NCBI GenBank assembly: GCA_965202585.1
Contig: OZ241829.1
Coordinates: forward strand, 77,872,001-77,936,000
DNA length: 64,000 nucleotides
Reading direction: 5' to 3'
DNA from: Thalia democratica
Lineage: Eukaryota
Both the position numbers and the translations under genes were made by a program. Below the pieces are notes generated by a model, which saw nothing but the letters and a program-made list of their open reading frames with translations, searched no databases and had not been told where the DNA came from. Shown here in pieces: positions 24,761 through 38,333 of this stretch. Numbering within the stretch: position 1 is the first letter of the stretch; each line of letters begins with the position of its first letter.

Positions 24761-26442
24761 ATAATTCTGTTGACAATTTCTTGATACACATATCTATATA
24801 TTTTATAATTTTATTTAAAACTCTTCTAAAACTTTTAGATATATGATATATCAAAAACAGTTCAAAAATTTAATGTTTTCTACATCGATAAACTAAATTT
24901 TTTTTTTTTTTTTAATTTTTGATTATTATTTCGATTAGTTTTAACTAAAGTAAAAAAGAACCTAGAGAAAAAAATCAAAATATGCTTAAAAAAACAGTTT
25001 TACTTTAAAATATGATTTAATAAAAAGATATTATATAAAAAAAAGTTAGCACACATATATAACTCATTTTTTCAGTTATTAAATAGGCACGCTTTGCTTT
25101 ACAAAATTAAATGAAAACAAAAAGTATTAAATCAAATTGACGTATTGTTATGTATATAATTTATAATCTATAGTTTGTAAGTGTCGTCAGTAGAACACTT
25201 AAAACTTTGTATTAAAAAAAATTGTTAAGTGTTTTTTTATTCAGTAAAGGTTAAGTTTGTAGCTAGTAATTTATTATAAATATATAAAACTTCGTATGTA
25301 TTTTTTTATAACTAAAAAGCTGTGAGGTTTTCAGTATTTTTTTGTTAAACTAATTACTAAAACATTAATAAGGAATAGCATTTACGAAATAATTAAACTT
25401 TATGAAACTATAAAGTTTTTTAAGTTATTAATATAATGAAGTGTTCGAATTATGGTGTAATACAAGTAGTTAAACTGTTTTTATACTACAGAGCTACAAC
25501 TGCATTTTTATTTTATTTTTCAAAAGTTAAAGTTTTATAAAATTATAATTTTACTTAATCAAAAACCGTATTATGTTTAAAAAGAATCATTAGGTCATAT
25601 TCAGAGGTTGAGTGCCGAATTTGAATGTGGATTTTAGGTTTACTATAGGTGTATTGAGTTTTACTGTTATATAAAAAATATCTAAATATTTACTTTAAGT
25701 AAATGTTTTAAAATATACAACAAATATACAACTAATATCAGAATTTTATTTTTTAATTACAAAGCAGATAGTATAAATATACAATTACAATGTTGGAGCT
25801 AATCAAAAATTATGAAAACAATTTGTATTGATTCTATAACTGTATCAGTTTTTTCAGCTAATTTTATAATAATTAAAAAGTTATGCTTCAACTACTTTAA
25901 GTATTCTGCTGCAACTTAATTCGCGTCAGTATGTTTTGAAAACAGTCAGGTTATAAAACATAAAATGTAACAAACTCTTAAGCCAACCATATACTACAAC
26001 ATATATAAAAAAGTTCAAAAAACGACAATAACAACGCTAAAAATGTTTGGTCCAAGTACCTGGTGCGCAAAAAACCATTTAGTTATCGAGTCATACACCA
26101 TGTATAGATTTAAACATATTGTCCTTATTCCAAATACTACATTGTTTCTTTAAATTAATATTTTTTAATCAAATAGGACTTATTTTAATGCTAACTTATG
26201 TTTACGTCTTAACTACGTGGTCTCCAGTAACTTACTAAACTAATTGCTTTACTTACGACTAGCCTACAGTAATAAAGTTACAAAACTCATTCCTAAGTCA
26301 AAAATAAAACACACTTTGGATCAATGCAGTTAATTTATTCAAATTAGTAATTATTAGTCCTAAAGAAAGAAGCTTTTAAATCACGACGCAAATAAAATCT
26401 ATAAAAAGTATTAGCAATCGTATAGTTTAACGAAATACTAAC

Positions 26443-26475
26443 TATGTAGACGATTTCTTGATTCTTGCACCTAGT
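26443..26475 (+). mobile_element. Possible remnant of a non-LTR reverse transcriptase (YVDDFLILAPS)
   Basis: Single motif resembling YxDD inside a slightly GC-richer, stop-ridden region (25950-26600). Confidence 0.3.
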
Positions 26476-27836
26476 TAATGAAACGTCGAATTTATCTGAT
26501 CATCGTAATTTGAAAACTGAAAGTAGCTTAACGCGGAATAATTAACTAACCGCGTATTTGAAAGACAATCGCCGATATATACGCATCGAAATGAAATTAA
26601 CTCCTTTAAATAAACAATGTTGTTTTGTAAATTGGTAAAACTGTTTTACAAAATATTATTGAATGTTTTTATTGTTACAAAAGTTCCATATTTATTCACA
26701 CGCTTTAAAATTATAATATGAAGTGTTGATTTCTGAGTTTTTGACTTTTAACCTTCGTTTCAAGTTTAAATCTTGAAAGTGAATAGTTTGATGCAACACA
26801 GGCTGACTTTTTTTTCAAAACGGAGAAAACCAAATATTTTTTTTAAATAGCTTATTAAGTATTAAAATAACCTTTGTTTTTAAATCAAGCTTTTTGAACT
26901 TAAAATAGTAATATATATCTTACGTAACTGAATTAAATAACGGAAAATTAAAATTTTATAAATTAATTTCAATGTGAAAGTATAACTTTCATCACTTTTG
27001 TAGAACACAAACATTAAATAAGGTTGCTATTATACAAATATACAATAGTGACCGATGATTAACATTTAATCTCTAATTTTTTTAGGGGTATTATGATAAT
27101 TTGGAGTTGCTTGCAAATGACTACGTCAAATTGCCAACATCAAATTTTCAAGTCAGAAAAAAAATGTGAACTTTATAAAACCCAAGTAGAAGAAAGGTAA
27201 ATCAATTCTTTAATTTGATTTTATGTAGCGTTATTGTTGTTGTAATTTAATTTTAGTGTTGCTTATGTTGTCATTTTTATATTATAAACAAAAAAGTACA
27301 GCCTATTTGAGTTCACTAACAATCTTATAATAAATGTAATAAAATAATTACTAACAATCTTAATTAATAAATTAAGAAAATTTAGAAAAAAATACAACTA
27401 TATTTATTATGTCATAAGTGTTTTAAATATGATATTAAACTTATATCACTTGTTTTGATAAAAACCAAGAAAAAGTCTGAAAAAACTGTCGGCCGCAAAA
27501 AATTTAATCTTGAAATTTGGTCAATAATGTTTTACTTTTGCTTCATAAAAAGTTTATCATTTACCACAAATTTTATTCGGTTTTATTTCTACCAAAAGCT
27601 TATATATGTTTTTAACACTAATCTGGTGAGCTTACATTAAACTTTATCCTTAAACGATTGATTACAAACTAAAAACTAACTACATTTTGTCAGTCTTTCA
27701 ATAAAATAAGAAAAACAAAATCATAAAAGCAAAAATTAAAAATATTGTCATAAAAATAGGTTAAAGTTTCTAACTCAAACAATATGAATATAGCTGTGTT
27801 ATTTTTTATTAATCGTGTTTCTATATTTTCTACGAA

Positions 27837-28802
27837 TTAGATAGAGTACTTTACAAAACTTGAACCAAACATGTTTTTAGTAAAACTACACTGAACATTT
27901 ATCCATTTTTCTTTATCAACATCATACAAGTAAACAATTGTTTCGGTCAGATAGCTTTTGAAATTTTGAAATATCACAATGCTATTTCCGATGGTAAATG
28001 CAGAAAAATAGCGTATTATTGAATCAGAAAATTTAATTTCTGAATTAACTTTAGTAAATTGTCTTGAAAAGTTATCAAATACTTCACAAGTTGTAGTATA
28101 TGCTCGACCATTAACAAGCATTTTATTACCCATACTAACTGCGGCATGATAATGTCTTTTTTCAATCATTTCAGGTAAATAAGTCCATTAGTCTTCATGA
28201 TAATCATATGCTTCTACTGATTTCAATTGACACCAACGACCTATACCTCCAGTAACAACAATTTTACCTTCAAAAACTGTACATTCAGCATAGTCTCTTG
28301 CCACATTTAAACTCGCTATATCTTTCCATGAATTACTGTTGATGTCGTAAGTGTAACACGAACAAAGATTTTTATCAATGTTTTTAAACCACGGTCCGAC
28401 TAAATATAATCTACTTAAGAATAAACTAACATAATAACAAGAATATTCATTCATTTGCATATATTGATGAATCCAAGTTGTAGTTTTTTCAGAATAAATT
28501 TCAACAGATACAACTGAATTTATTAACTTTACACTTAACTCTACTCTATCACCAATAGCAAGTATATTAGAATTGATATTAACTAAATCTAAGTAGCTAT
28601 GCGGTTCTACCATTGATGGAAATTTACTCACTTTAAAACTAGGTATTTCCATTTTAAAAACTTCGTTTGTAATTTTTCCATTTTTCCTTCTTCCTCTACA
28701 AACTAAAATACTGAATACTTCTTGTTTACAATACCTGTTTTCATACAAAACTTTCGGTACATGAAAAGGAACTGACTTGCTTTCTTCATGCATCATAGAC
28801 AT
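27837..28802 (-). pseudogene. K5: Kelch paralog, full length, with one in-frame nonsense codon
   Basis: ORFs 28188-28802 and 27837-28169 are in the same frame, joined by HED-TAA-WTYLPEM (paralogs have Lys AAA/AAG). Acceptor GTCAG|AC 22 nt upstream. Confidence 0.88.
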
Positions 28803-28932
28803 TTTACAAAAAATAAAAATCCGTCTGACAACAAAATCTAAAATAAAACTAAAGACACAAAAAACAACACTATAAAACGTTTCAATAAAAAAAGAATTAT
28901 TGTAAAGATAGAATATCAGTCAATAAATAATG

Positions 28933-29738
28933 CAGACCTCTCGCTTATTTACGCACCTTGTGTCCACAGAAAAATTGCGTAAAGATACGTGAGGTACCAA
29001 ATATGCTTACTATAATGTTTGTATTTTGATATTGCTTCTAGTTAAAAGGAAACTGGGGACTTTCCCACTTTTAACAATTTGTTTGCTTTATTTATATATA
29101 TGAAAACAAAAGATAAAACTATAGATATATTAAAAAAAATGTTTTAAATTTATGTAAAATAATAATACTTCTAGAAAAATTTTACTAATTTTCATAATAA
29201 GTAGATTTTGCTTTATCTCAATTTATATTTGACATATTTGATACTTCTATTCTACATAGCAAACTCAATTTATAATTAAGCATTTGATTACAGTAAAGAA
29301 ATGGTGTGGTGTCTATGTTAAAATGTATTCTATAGTCTTTTACGAAAATATAATTTTTGTGCTGTAATGAATTTCTTCTTTTGAACAAAAATAAAAAAAT
29401 ATAAGAACAATATTTTATAAAAGTTTTTTATGTTACTAAAACTTTTTTAATTTGTTCTTTGCCCACATAAGGATAAACTTGTCTTATACTGTATTAAAGA
29501 TATATAAACTAATTGTTTATAAATATGTCAAGTAACATGAGTTTACAAAGTCCAAAGATATAGAGAGGTTAGTTAGCATTTAAAAGCATATTTTAAACTA
29601 AAAATATATAATAAACTTATTTTGTGCAGTATTATGAAAATAAGAATTTCTAATTTTTAAACTTTTTAGAATTCTAAAATGCGTAACTAAACGAGAGTGC
29701 GTAACGTCGCGAGTGCGTAAAGATGTGAGAGGTGACTA
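28933..29738. mobile_element. pogo/Tigger-like MITE (GCGTAA family), about 800 bp
   Basis: Imperfect inverted ends CAGACCTCTCGC..TTTACGCAC and GTGCGTAAAG..GAGAGGTGACTA|TA. Internal segments match the short copies at 35860 and 37810. Confidence 0.55.
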
Positions 29739-29984
29739 TAATTAACTACTTAATAAGTACTTTATATACTAGAAATTTTCAATTTATAATTTTTCAAATG
29801 AAATATTTTCAATTAATACTACTGATTGAAATTATAATGTATTTTCCAAAATTTTCCAACAATTAATACAAACAAGGGACGTATCTAGATCAAAAAATTT
29901 ACGAATTTGCAAAAAATTAAAACATCTGAAATGACGCGTGATAACGTCCTAGCGGGAACACAGCAATATAAACTGGGTAACTGT

Positions 29985-30100
29985 CAAATTTGCGCGAGCG
30001 TAAAAATTGTACGAGGGAAAAAAACTGCACGAGAGCACAAAATTGCACAAAGATAAGACTTCTTAAACATACTTTTGCACGAGAGCAAATTTTTGCACTG
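29985..30100. repeat. Degenerate TTTTGCACG-family remnant
   Basis: AAAACTGCACGAGAGC and ACTTTTGCACGAGAGC; similar remnants near 20116, 22300 and 49360. Confidence 0.55.
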
Positions 30101-33100
30101 AATTTTTTTATCTGTTTTTTTAGTAGTTTTTTAATTAGTTTTAATACATTTTTTAAATTATTTTCTTTTGCTATCACTTTTTAAATATTTAGATCCCGTT
30201 TTGACTTATATAGCAAAGACAAAGTCAGACTCAGTCACTAACGATGTATCAAACAAGATTGGAAATAAAATATATTTGAATAATACTTCTAAAGGAAAAC
30301 GAATTATGTCAGGTTAAAAAAACACATTTAAAACTAGAAGTACAAACTTTAAATTATCACAAAACGTTCTTAGTGATATAAATGAATGGGAAATATATGG
30401 GATATTATAGGATAAATATACATATTTGAGAACAAGGTTAGAAAACTAAACTAAGTGAAAAGAAAAAGTTAGGCACAGAATTAAGCTTTAAGTCAATTAA
30501 AACAGAAAAGCAGTTGAACAAACACTTATCGAAAAACCCTGAAAAAAACAACACAGTAGCAAAAAGTTAAAAGGTAAAAATTTAATTGGAAAAAGTATGC
30601 CTGTCACTTCAGAAAGAAATAAAAATCTAGTATAGAATGTTTAGAATTATTATTATACATTCAAGAAATATTAACTCTTGCAGAAGGTGATTACGATTGC
30701 TTTAAAAGTACACGTTATAAATGAAATCGAATGCTACGTGATACGATATACGACAAAATTAACGGAAGGCTTTAGCAATTATCATCTAAGAAGAGTTTTA
30801 TATACTGTTACACATTTAATTTATTTTTTTTTTTATCTTAGAAAAATTGAGTCAATGTTTAAAAAGCAACGTTGATACGTATTTAAACTTTATATTTAAA
30901 TTACAGTTTGACTTGATAAAAATTAGGATAAGATTTATGATACAAAGCTTTTATAGTATAGTATTGAGTTTTTTAAATTTAATTTCTCATATTTTGTTTT
31001 TGTTTTTCAAAAAAAAAACTTATTTAAACTTATAAACAACATAAACAAGTATAAGAAGATATTTTTTAAGTAAATACTTTAAATTTACTATAAATAGTGA
31101 TTCAATAAGTATTTTTATATAATTAGATTATATTTCAATTTATTTGTTACAATAAACCTTAAACAAAAATTTGAACTACTAAAACAACTTAAAATTGTGG
31201 TTTTAAGAAAGTGTGAACAGCTGTGAGAAGCATTGTGTATTTATATTTTAGATAAATAAATACTTTTAGTTTAGTTGAGCTCGTTTAATTTTATCAGTAG
31301 TCAATTAAAAACAATAACGAAAATTATTAAAGCCTTTATCTTACGATTACAAAATTACAAGATTTTATCTAGCTTTCTACTAATTATAGAATTGTGTTAA
31401 AAACAAAAATTATTTTCACATTAAAACAAATTTGTCGTTTTGATATTTTTAACTCAGCATTTTACTTTGTAATTAAAAAAGATCAATTAAAGTTGTAAAA
31501 TAAATAACTTTTAATTATTCATTGTTGACTGGTGATAGTAGCCGAACTTCGATCATAAAAATACTCCTAGGTGCTAAATATGACTTACATTACTATAACA
31601 ACGATAAAAGGTCTGTATTTCGAAATACAAAGAAATGACTTTGTAATTTGTATCATAAACAGTGTTCTATTTACCTACAAAACTTTAAATACAAAGTATT
31701 AAGTTGTAAAACTTTGTATAAGCTATTCATTGATTCGCACTAACTTAAAGTATTATTTTTAATTATTAGAACACTATTTTATATGTGTATAAATGATTAT
31801 ATTCATAACTAAAACAAAAAATTCTGTATTTTTATTTTATTTTTTGTTGAATAAAAACGTTTTCTACTAGAACAATTACTATTAAACTTTTTAAGAATTA
31901 TTTCTACTAAAACGTTTAATGTAAAGTTTTACTATTTTAAGTAGTTCTAAATTTACAATAGCTTTATAATTATTTGTGTTTTGAAACATCTTATTAAGAT
32001 TAAACAAGTTTGTTTAGATTTTTGATAATGTTATAAAACGATTTTTACAAAAGTATTTAACGAATTTTTTTATTGTACTCTAATAAGTGTAACAACTAAC
32101 TATTATTTTTATTATTTGATAATATTTATAATTTTTTTTAGTTTCTATATGCAAAGCAAACATAGTAAACTTTAAATCATTTATGAGTTTTTATATCATG
32201 AATGTTTTACTGTAAAAACTCGTTATTTTTAGAAGAAAATTGGTGTTCAATAGAAATTATAACTAAATAAATTTTATCTGCATTCAAGCAAAAACAGTAA
32301 TAAAAAAATTTGCTTATATCCTAGCATAACACTTTGACAAAGTTTTCTTCAGTATAAGAATAAAAATTACTTTTATATATTCTATATTTATACTTATATA
32401 AAAAAGAAATTTTTGATAGTTTAAATTTTGGTTTTTATTTTGTAATTTTCAAAAATAAAAGTTGAAGTTTTAAAATTTATAATTATTAACCATTAATTAT
32501 TATTGAATACTAGTAATTGAACTCTGACCACAAAATTTGTAACTCTTTAGCGTCATAAGTGACGTAAATTACTACTAAAACAAAAAAAGACTCTATTTAC
32601 AAATCACGAGCAATGTTTTATAGTCAGTAACAGATACAAATCTGTAGTTATCTGTAAAATTTCTAATAATTTAAGATTTAGAGCATTGTATAAAGTTGTT
32701 AGCGAGTTGCAAGTAAAATAAAACTTAAGTTTTTTATTTATATAAATGTATTAGTGAATATGTTTTTTAGTTAATAGAAACATAAAAATTTTAAAACTTA
32801 TTGTAAACCATAACTAGCTTTTAGACATAATAAGGAAAGTATACCTGTTATTGCTGTAACATAAATGTTTCCAACATTTTTTAAAGGAAATAAAAATATA
32901 TTGTGCTATAACAAATCATTTTAATGCTAGATATTTAAGATTTGTAAATACAATGTAACTATTAGGAGTATTTAGAAAACTTTTGAATTTGAAAAATTGA
33001 TGTTACCCGAAAGTTTTCAAGTTATAGCAGTATTACTAATTAACATAGGTTAGTGTTATACTCGGATATAAAAGTTAAAGTCTTTACCAATCAATACACA

Positions 33101-34070
33101 GTTGATTTTTAGAAAACAGAAACTAGTTGTAAGTACTGCTGACCAAGGTTGTCGTAGTTTAAGAATTCTCATAACAAATATAGCAAATACGTAAACATTT
33201 TTGTTTTCAAATTTAAACGTCATTCTTGCATGTTTGTATGGCGATTAGCCAGTACGACAACTATGATGCACCTAATTTTAATATAAAGCAATAGATCAAT
33301 AAAAAGTCCGGAAAGATATGATTTATTTGTTATAAGAAGTAGTATAAAACTTGAACCATCTTTGATTGGTGCATAAATATATTTTAGAGCTCTAATGAAC
33401 TTTTTATCACTTTTTCACAACTCTTGAACCTTTTATGTTTAATCAAAAATTAAATCTAGCTTATTTGTGGTACTGGTTTAAATATTTTAAAACATATGAA
33501 CTTTTAAATCATTAAAATATTAAAGGTAGAAAAAAGTACATATCCATAAAGATAGACTATCAAGCTATGCTATTACTTTAAAAATTAAAAATAAAATTTT
33601 TCAATTAAAGTATTACTACTGTCAAACTTTAATTAGTTAGGATTAATATTAGCAATAGATGGTAAAAAAAAATATTTTATTAAAAGAATGAGTTTTAGTT
33701 TAGCCGATGCTTATCAGCTTCAAATTGAAAAAATCTTATAAAGTATTCGGACGATCTACTGTAAAGAGCAAACAGCTTGCTTATATGCATCGTCGAGTAT
33801 TTTTTTCTGTTGGAAATTACTATATGACGTCACTATGAACTTCAAATGTATTTTTAGCTCAATTTGAAATATTAATTTTTCTAAATCCATAATTTTCTAA
33901 GTAAAGAAAGAGATTTTTTTATGTTATTTATAATATTATTTTTTTTAAGTTAAGATTTGAATAATTAAAAATAGAACTCAGATATAGTAAGTTAGGGACA
34001 AGGATATAAATAGAAAAATGTCTTTGTAAAGTTAGCTGATTCAGCAAATCAGAATAACCTTTAACTATAC

Positions 34071-34366
34071 TAAAGGTCGGCAGCCTTTTGTAATTAGCAG
34101 GCTTAATTTAGAAAAAGTTATTCGCGGGCCGAACTATCTAAAAAATAATTTTCGAGGCCGCAATTATTCGAAAATAACTAAAGTATTATAATAAAATTAA
34201 TATTTTAAACCAAAACATCACAAAATAAATATTAAAGTAGCACTAATTAAGAGCCTAATTGTAAATTTTTATTCGAAAATTTTTTTTATGTTAAAATAAA
34301 AAAAAATAGCTAAAAACTTCCTTGCGGGCTGCATTTTGACCGCGGACCGCAGTTTGCCGACCCCTG
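34071..34366. mobile_element. Buster-type hAT MITE, 296 bp
   Basis: Ends TAAAGGTCGGCA...TGCCGACCCCTG; perfect TSD AACTATAC (34063-34070 and 34367-34374). Empty site CTTTAACTATACTTTCC near 36638. Confidence 0.9.
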
Positions 34367-35859
34367 AACTATACTTTCCGTATTTTTGTAATAAATTCTA
34401 AATTTATTTAAATTTAATGAACTCTTAAGTTGTGACTCTTTAGCGCTGTAAATATTGAAGAACACTATAGCGACGAAAAACGGTTTAAAAAAACAAATAA
34501 ATTACTTTATAATCTGATTCAGAAGCTAATTTGTTTTTTATTACAAACTTTTTATTACCAAGTATTTAATTTATTAATCTTTGTAAAGGTTCTCAAATAA
34601 AAAAAATATATTAATTAAACTAGGATTCTATCTTAATTTAAAAAGTTTACTTAACTAGCTTACTATAATATAACAATGTAAGCATATCTTTATTGATGAA
34701 AAATAAATAGTTTTGACGTTTTTGTAAAGTCAAGAAAATTATATGTGTTTTAAGAAATAAATAAAATGCTAGTTACTTAAACTTAGTCATTATAATATCA
34801 TAGTAAAAGTATTAAAAAAAGGATTGATACATTGAAGTTAACTGAACAAATGCGAAAGTTTAAGAAATATTGCAGATTAACTAGAAATAATATTGTACCC
34901 AAAATACTTCAATTGCACTTTTAAGCAATCACTGTACAGTTGATTTACTGTGCTACAAAATAAAAAAAGTAATCTTTACGGTGTTCAGTTGTGCAAACTA
35001 GTTTACATACAAATTATTTCACTGTGCACAGAAAATTTTGTAAATGAAAAGTATTTTCAAAATGACATTTGTTTTGTTTTTATCTATTATAAAAAGCATA
35101 TTATAATTTAACTTACCTACATCTTAACATATTTTTTGTATATTAAGACACTTAAATCATGAATATAATAAATAGTTTTATAATCATTTATACTTTTTGT
35201 AGTCTAGTGTGCACAGAATTTAGATTTCATTATTTTGATGTACATAAATTGTAAAAGGACTAGCCCATTAAATTATAGTTTATTAAACAAACGAAAAAAA
35301 CGAAAATTTGCTCGATAATTTTTCATTTAAGGACTTGAGTACACAAAAAAACCTCTCGGTTATTAAGTTGCGTACCTAACTTTAATCACAAATAAATTGA
35401 TCTAAAACTCAACAAAAAATTTAGCAGTTTAAATTAAACATTAAAACGTAAAAATTTATGAAAATGAAACTATTAAACTTTCGACATTAAATGTTTTCTT
35501 AAACAATTTTTTTTTTTGATTTATAGTGTCTAACATTAAAATTTAAACTATTTCATGAAATTTTTTACTAATACATAAACAAAGTAAAAACAAAAAAAGT
35601 ACATTTTACAATTTTTTACAAACTAGACTGTACCATTGCTATTGAAATCAAAACAATATACTTTAAAATAAACAAATACCTATTTTTGGAATTGAATAAC
35701 TTTAATGTATTTTATCAAAGAAATAAAAACACCTTAAGAAATAGATAGAAAATATAAGTCTAGTAGGTTTTGATGTTTTTAAATTACCTAAAGTCGTGTA
35801 AAACTTAAATCATTTGTGATTAAGTGACTATTATATTTTGATATTTAAAAATTTTGTCA

Positions 35860-36036
35860 CTTTTTTTTGAATCTACGCACATTGTTTCTACGGCAAAAGT
35901 GCGTAACTTATCAAGAGAACGTAACTAAACGAGATGTTTTATTGTTGCTTTTGTAGAATTTTAGAGGTGTTTGCGTAGTTTTTTTAGAATTCTAAATGCG
36001 TACCAAACGAGTGCGTAATTTCGCGAGTGGTGACTG
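35860..36036. mobile_element. Short pogo-like MITE copy
   Basis: ACGGCAAAAGTGCGTAACT...GAGTGCGTAATTTCGCGAGTGGTGACTG|TA. Confidence 0.55.
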
Positions 36037-37809
36037 TACTTTTTAATGCTTTTTCACAACTTTTAAAACTTAGTTTAGTTGAAATCTAATGGTAATTTGT
36101 AATTATGTTTTAGGTACAAGATTTTTTTTAAATATCTTACAAAAAACATAAGTTTTAAAATTTTTTCTGAATATAAATTGGTACTGTCAACCTTCAATCA
36201 GTTAGGTGTAATATTAAAATTAGATGCTTACTACTTTAATATGTTATTTTAAAAGTATGAGTTTCAATTTAGCCAATGCTTATTGGCTTCAAATTGAATA
36301 ACGTTTTAGAAAAATGAAGAAAGTTTAACCATGATAGCAAACAGCTTGTTTATATTCATCGTTGAGTAATTTTTTCTGTTTAAAATTACTACATGACGTC
36401 AATATGAACTTTAAAGGTTTTTAAGCTCTTTTTTGAAACTTATTTTTTAAAACAGATGAATTTTTGCCGAGTGAGAAAAGCTTTTTTTTTGTAATTTATA
36501 ATTTTGGTTATTAAAATTTTAGTTTGGGACTAATTTAAAAAAAGTTTAGGTATGGTAAGCAATGGATAAGGGTACAATTGAAAAAAAAATTGATAAAGTT
36601 TGCTGAGTCAGCAAGTATGCAAATCAGATTGACCTTTAACTATACTTTCCAATATTTTTAAATAATGTAAATGTTTTAAAGTATACAAGTTACACACGTA
36701 GTACAACGATAATTTTTTCTTTTCTGCTGTTTTAGAGTTATCATTATTAACATATAACTAACAACAAATATTTTATTTTTTGTATGTATGTATTGCATGT
36801 GCATTACAAATTTTCTTTTATATTAATTACTTCTTTTTGAGACTTGCAATTTCTTTGACAATCTTTTTAAATACTACAATATTTTAAAATATCTTTCATG
36901 ACATGAACATACTAATATGATTTTGTTACGATTAACATCTACTATGCAACGTAAAGCTATCAAATCATTAAATTTTTAAAGCTTCTTTGATTAAAAATGC
37001 AAGGTTTCATGTTGTAGATTAGGGAACAAATAAAGGCTTGTATAGATATATGATGTCTTTTTTATGCAACCTAGACCGAAGTTTGGCACAGTTGACCTTA
37101 CTGCCTCCTTGGAATGTAGTAAAGCTGTAAAGGGGTCAAAGCGGGTTGTGACTAGTTAAGGGATCATAATATGAAACTTACCATAGATATTCTGATTTTG
37201 ATAAAAATGAACATACAAAAGTTTAAGGCGCATTTAAGGAAAGCATTTTTGAGAAATTTTATAGGAGGGGCCATTTGCAGTTTTATTATTTCCTCAAATG
37301 GGTGTTAACAAATGCTTGGACTTAAACTTTTGAAAACCACTGTGCTTTAGTATAATTGTCTCAATAATCTTTTGTTCATCTAGTTGAAGTTCATTAAAGT
37401 ACAATATATTGTGTGAGTAGTTGCAACAATTTAGAAAGTAATTAATTTGTTTAAAAGTGTGCAACTTTTGTTATTTAATTCCAACTACGTTATTAATATC
37501 TATATCCCTAAAAAAGTAAGTTTAAAGCAATCGTTAATTATTTGGAATATAAAATTTTGAAACATATTTAGCGCTAGTTTAAAGTAATACTCTAAATAAA
37601 CTTCAAAGGGTCTAAGTAATGTCTAATTTTTTTCTAACTTTAAAATTTTAAGAACGACCTGCAATCAAGGATTATTGAGAATTACTTAAATGTTTATACA
37701 AGAGGTCAAATTATGTCAATTTTTAAAGTTATCTATTATTTTTTAATTATTTTACCAAAAAGTTGTAATAAAACTTTGTTAAACAGTTACAAACTAAGTA
37801 TAATTAATA

Positions 37810-37953
37810 AAGGGTCCATAATGTGTCCACGGCAAAAGTGCGTAACTAATCTAAAGGCTTTTTGTTGCATTTGTAGGTGTTTGAGTATGTTTTGTGTTTT
37901 TAGAATTCTAAATGCGTAACCAAACGAGTGCGTAATTTCGCGATTAGTAACTG
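37810..37953. mobile_element. Short pogo-like MITE copy
   Basis: CCACGGCAAAAGTGCGTAACT...GAGTGCGTAATTTCGCGATTAGTAACTG|TA. Confidence 0.55.
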
Positions 37954-38333
37954 TACTCTAAATGTTTTTTCACAACTCTCAGAACTCAGTTTTTGAAATT
38001 TTAAAGGTATACTATAATTTGTTTTTAGGTACAAGGTTTAAAAATATTTGATATCTTACAAAACACATAAGTTTAAAAACAAATTAGAATCAATATGTGC
38101 TACTGTTAAGCTTCAAGTAGTTACTTTTTATATTTTTAGTAGGTACTAAACAACTTTTTTTAATTCAAGTTTTAGTATAGCCGATATTTATCAGCTTTAA
38201 AATAAAGAAATTTAAGCGCAATATGACTTCAAGTTAAATATAATTAGCAAGAAGATTATTTGTATGCGTTATTGGGTTTTTTCTGTTAGAAAACAACATA
38301 TGACGTCACTAAAAGCTTCAATTGCATTTTGAC

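Noticed and set aside
28188-28190. Programmed readthrough or selenocysteine in K5
   Set aside because: The codon is TAA at a Lys position, not TGA, and no SECIS-like structure was seen.
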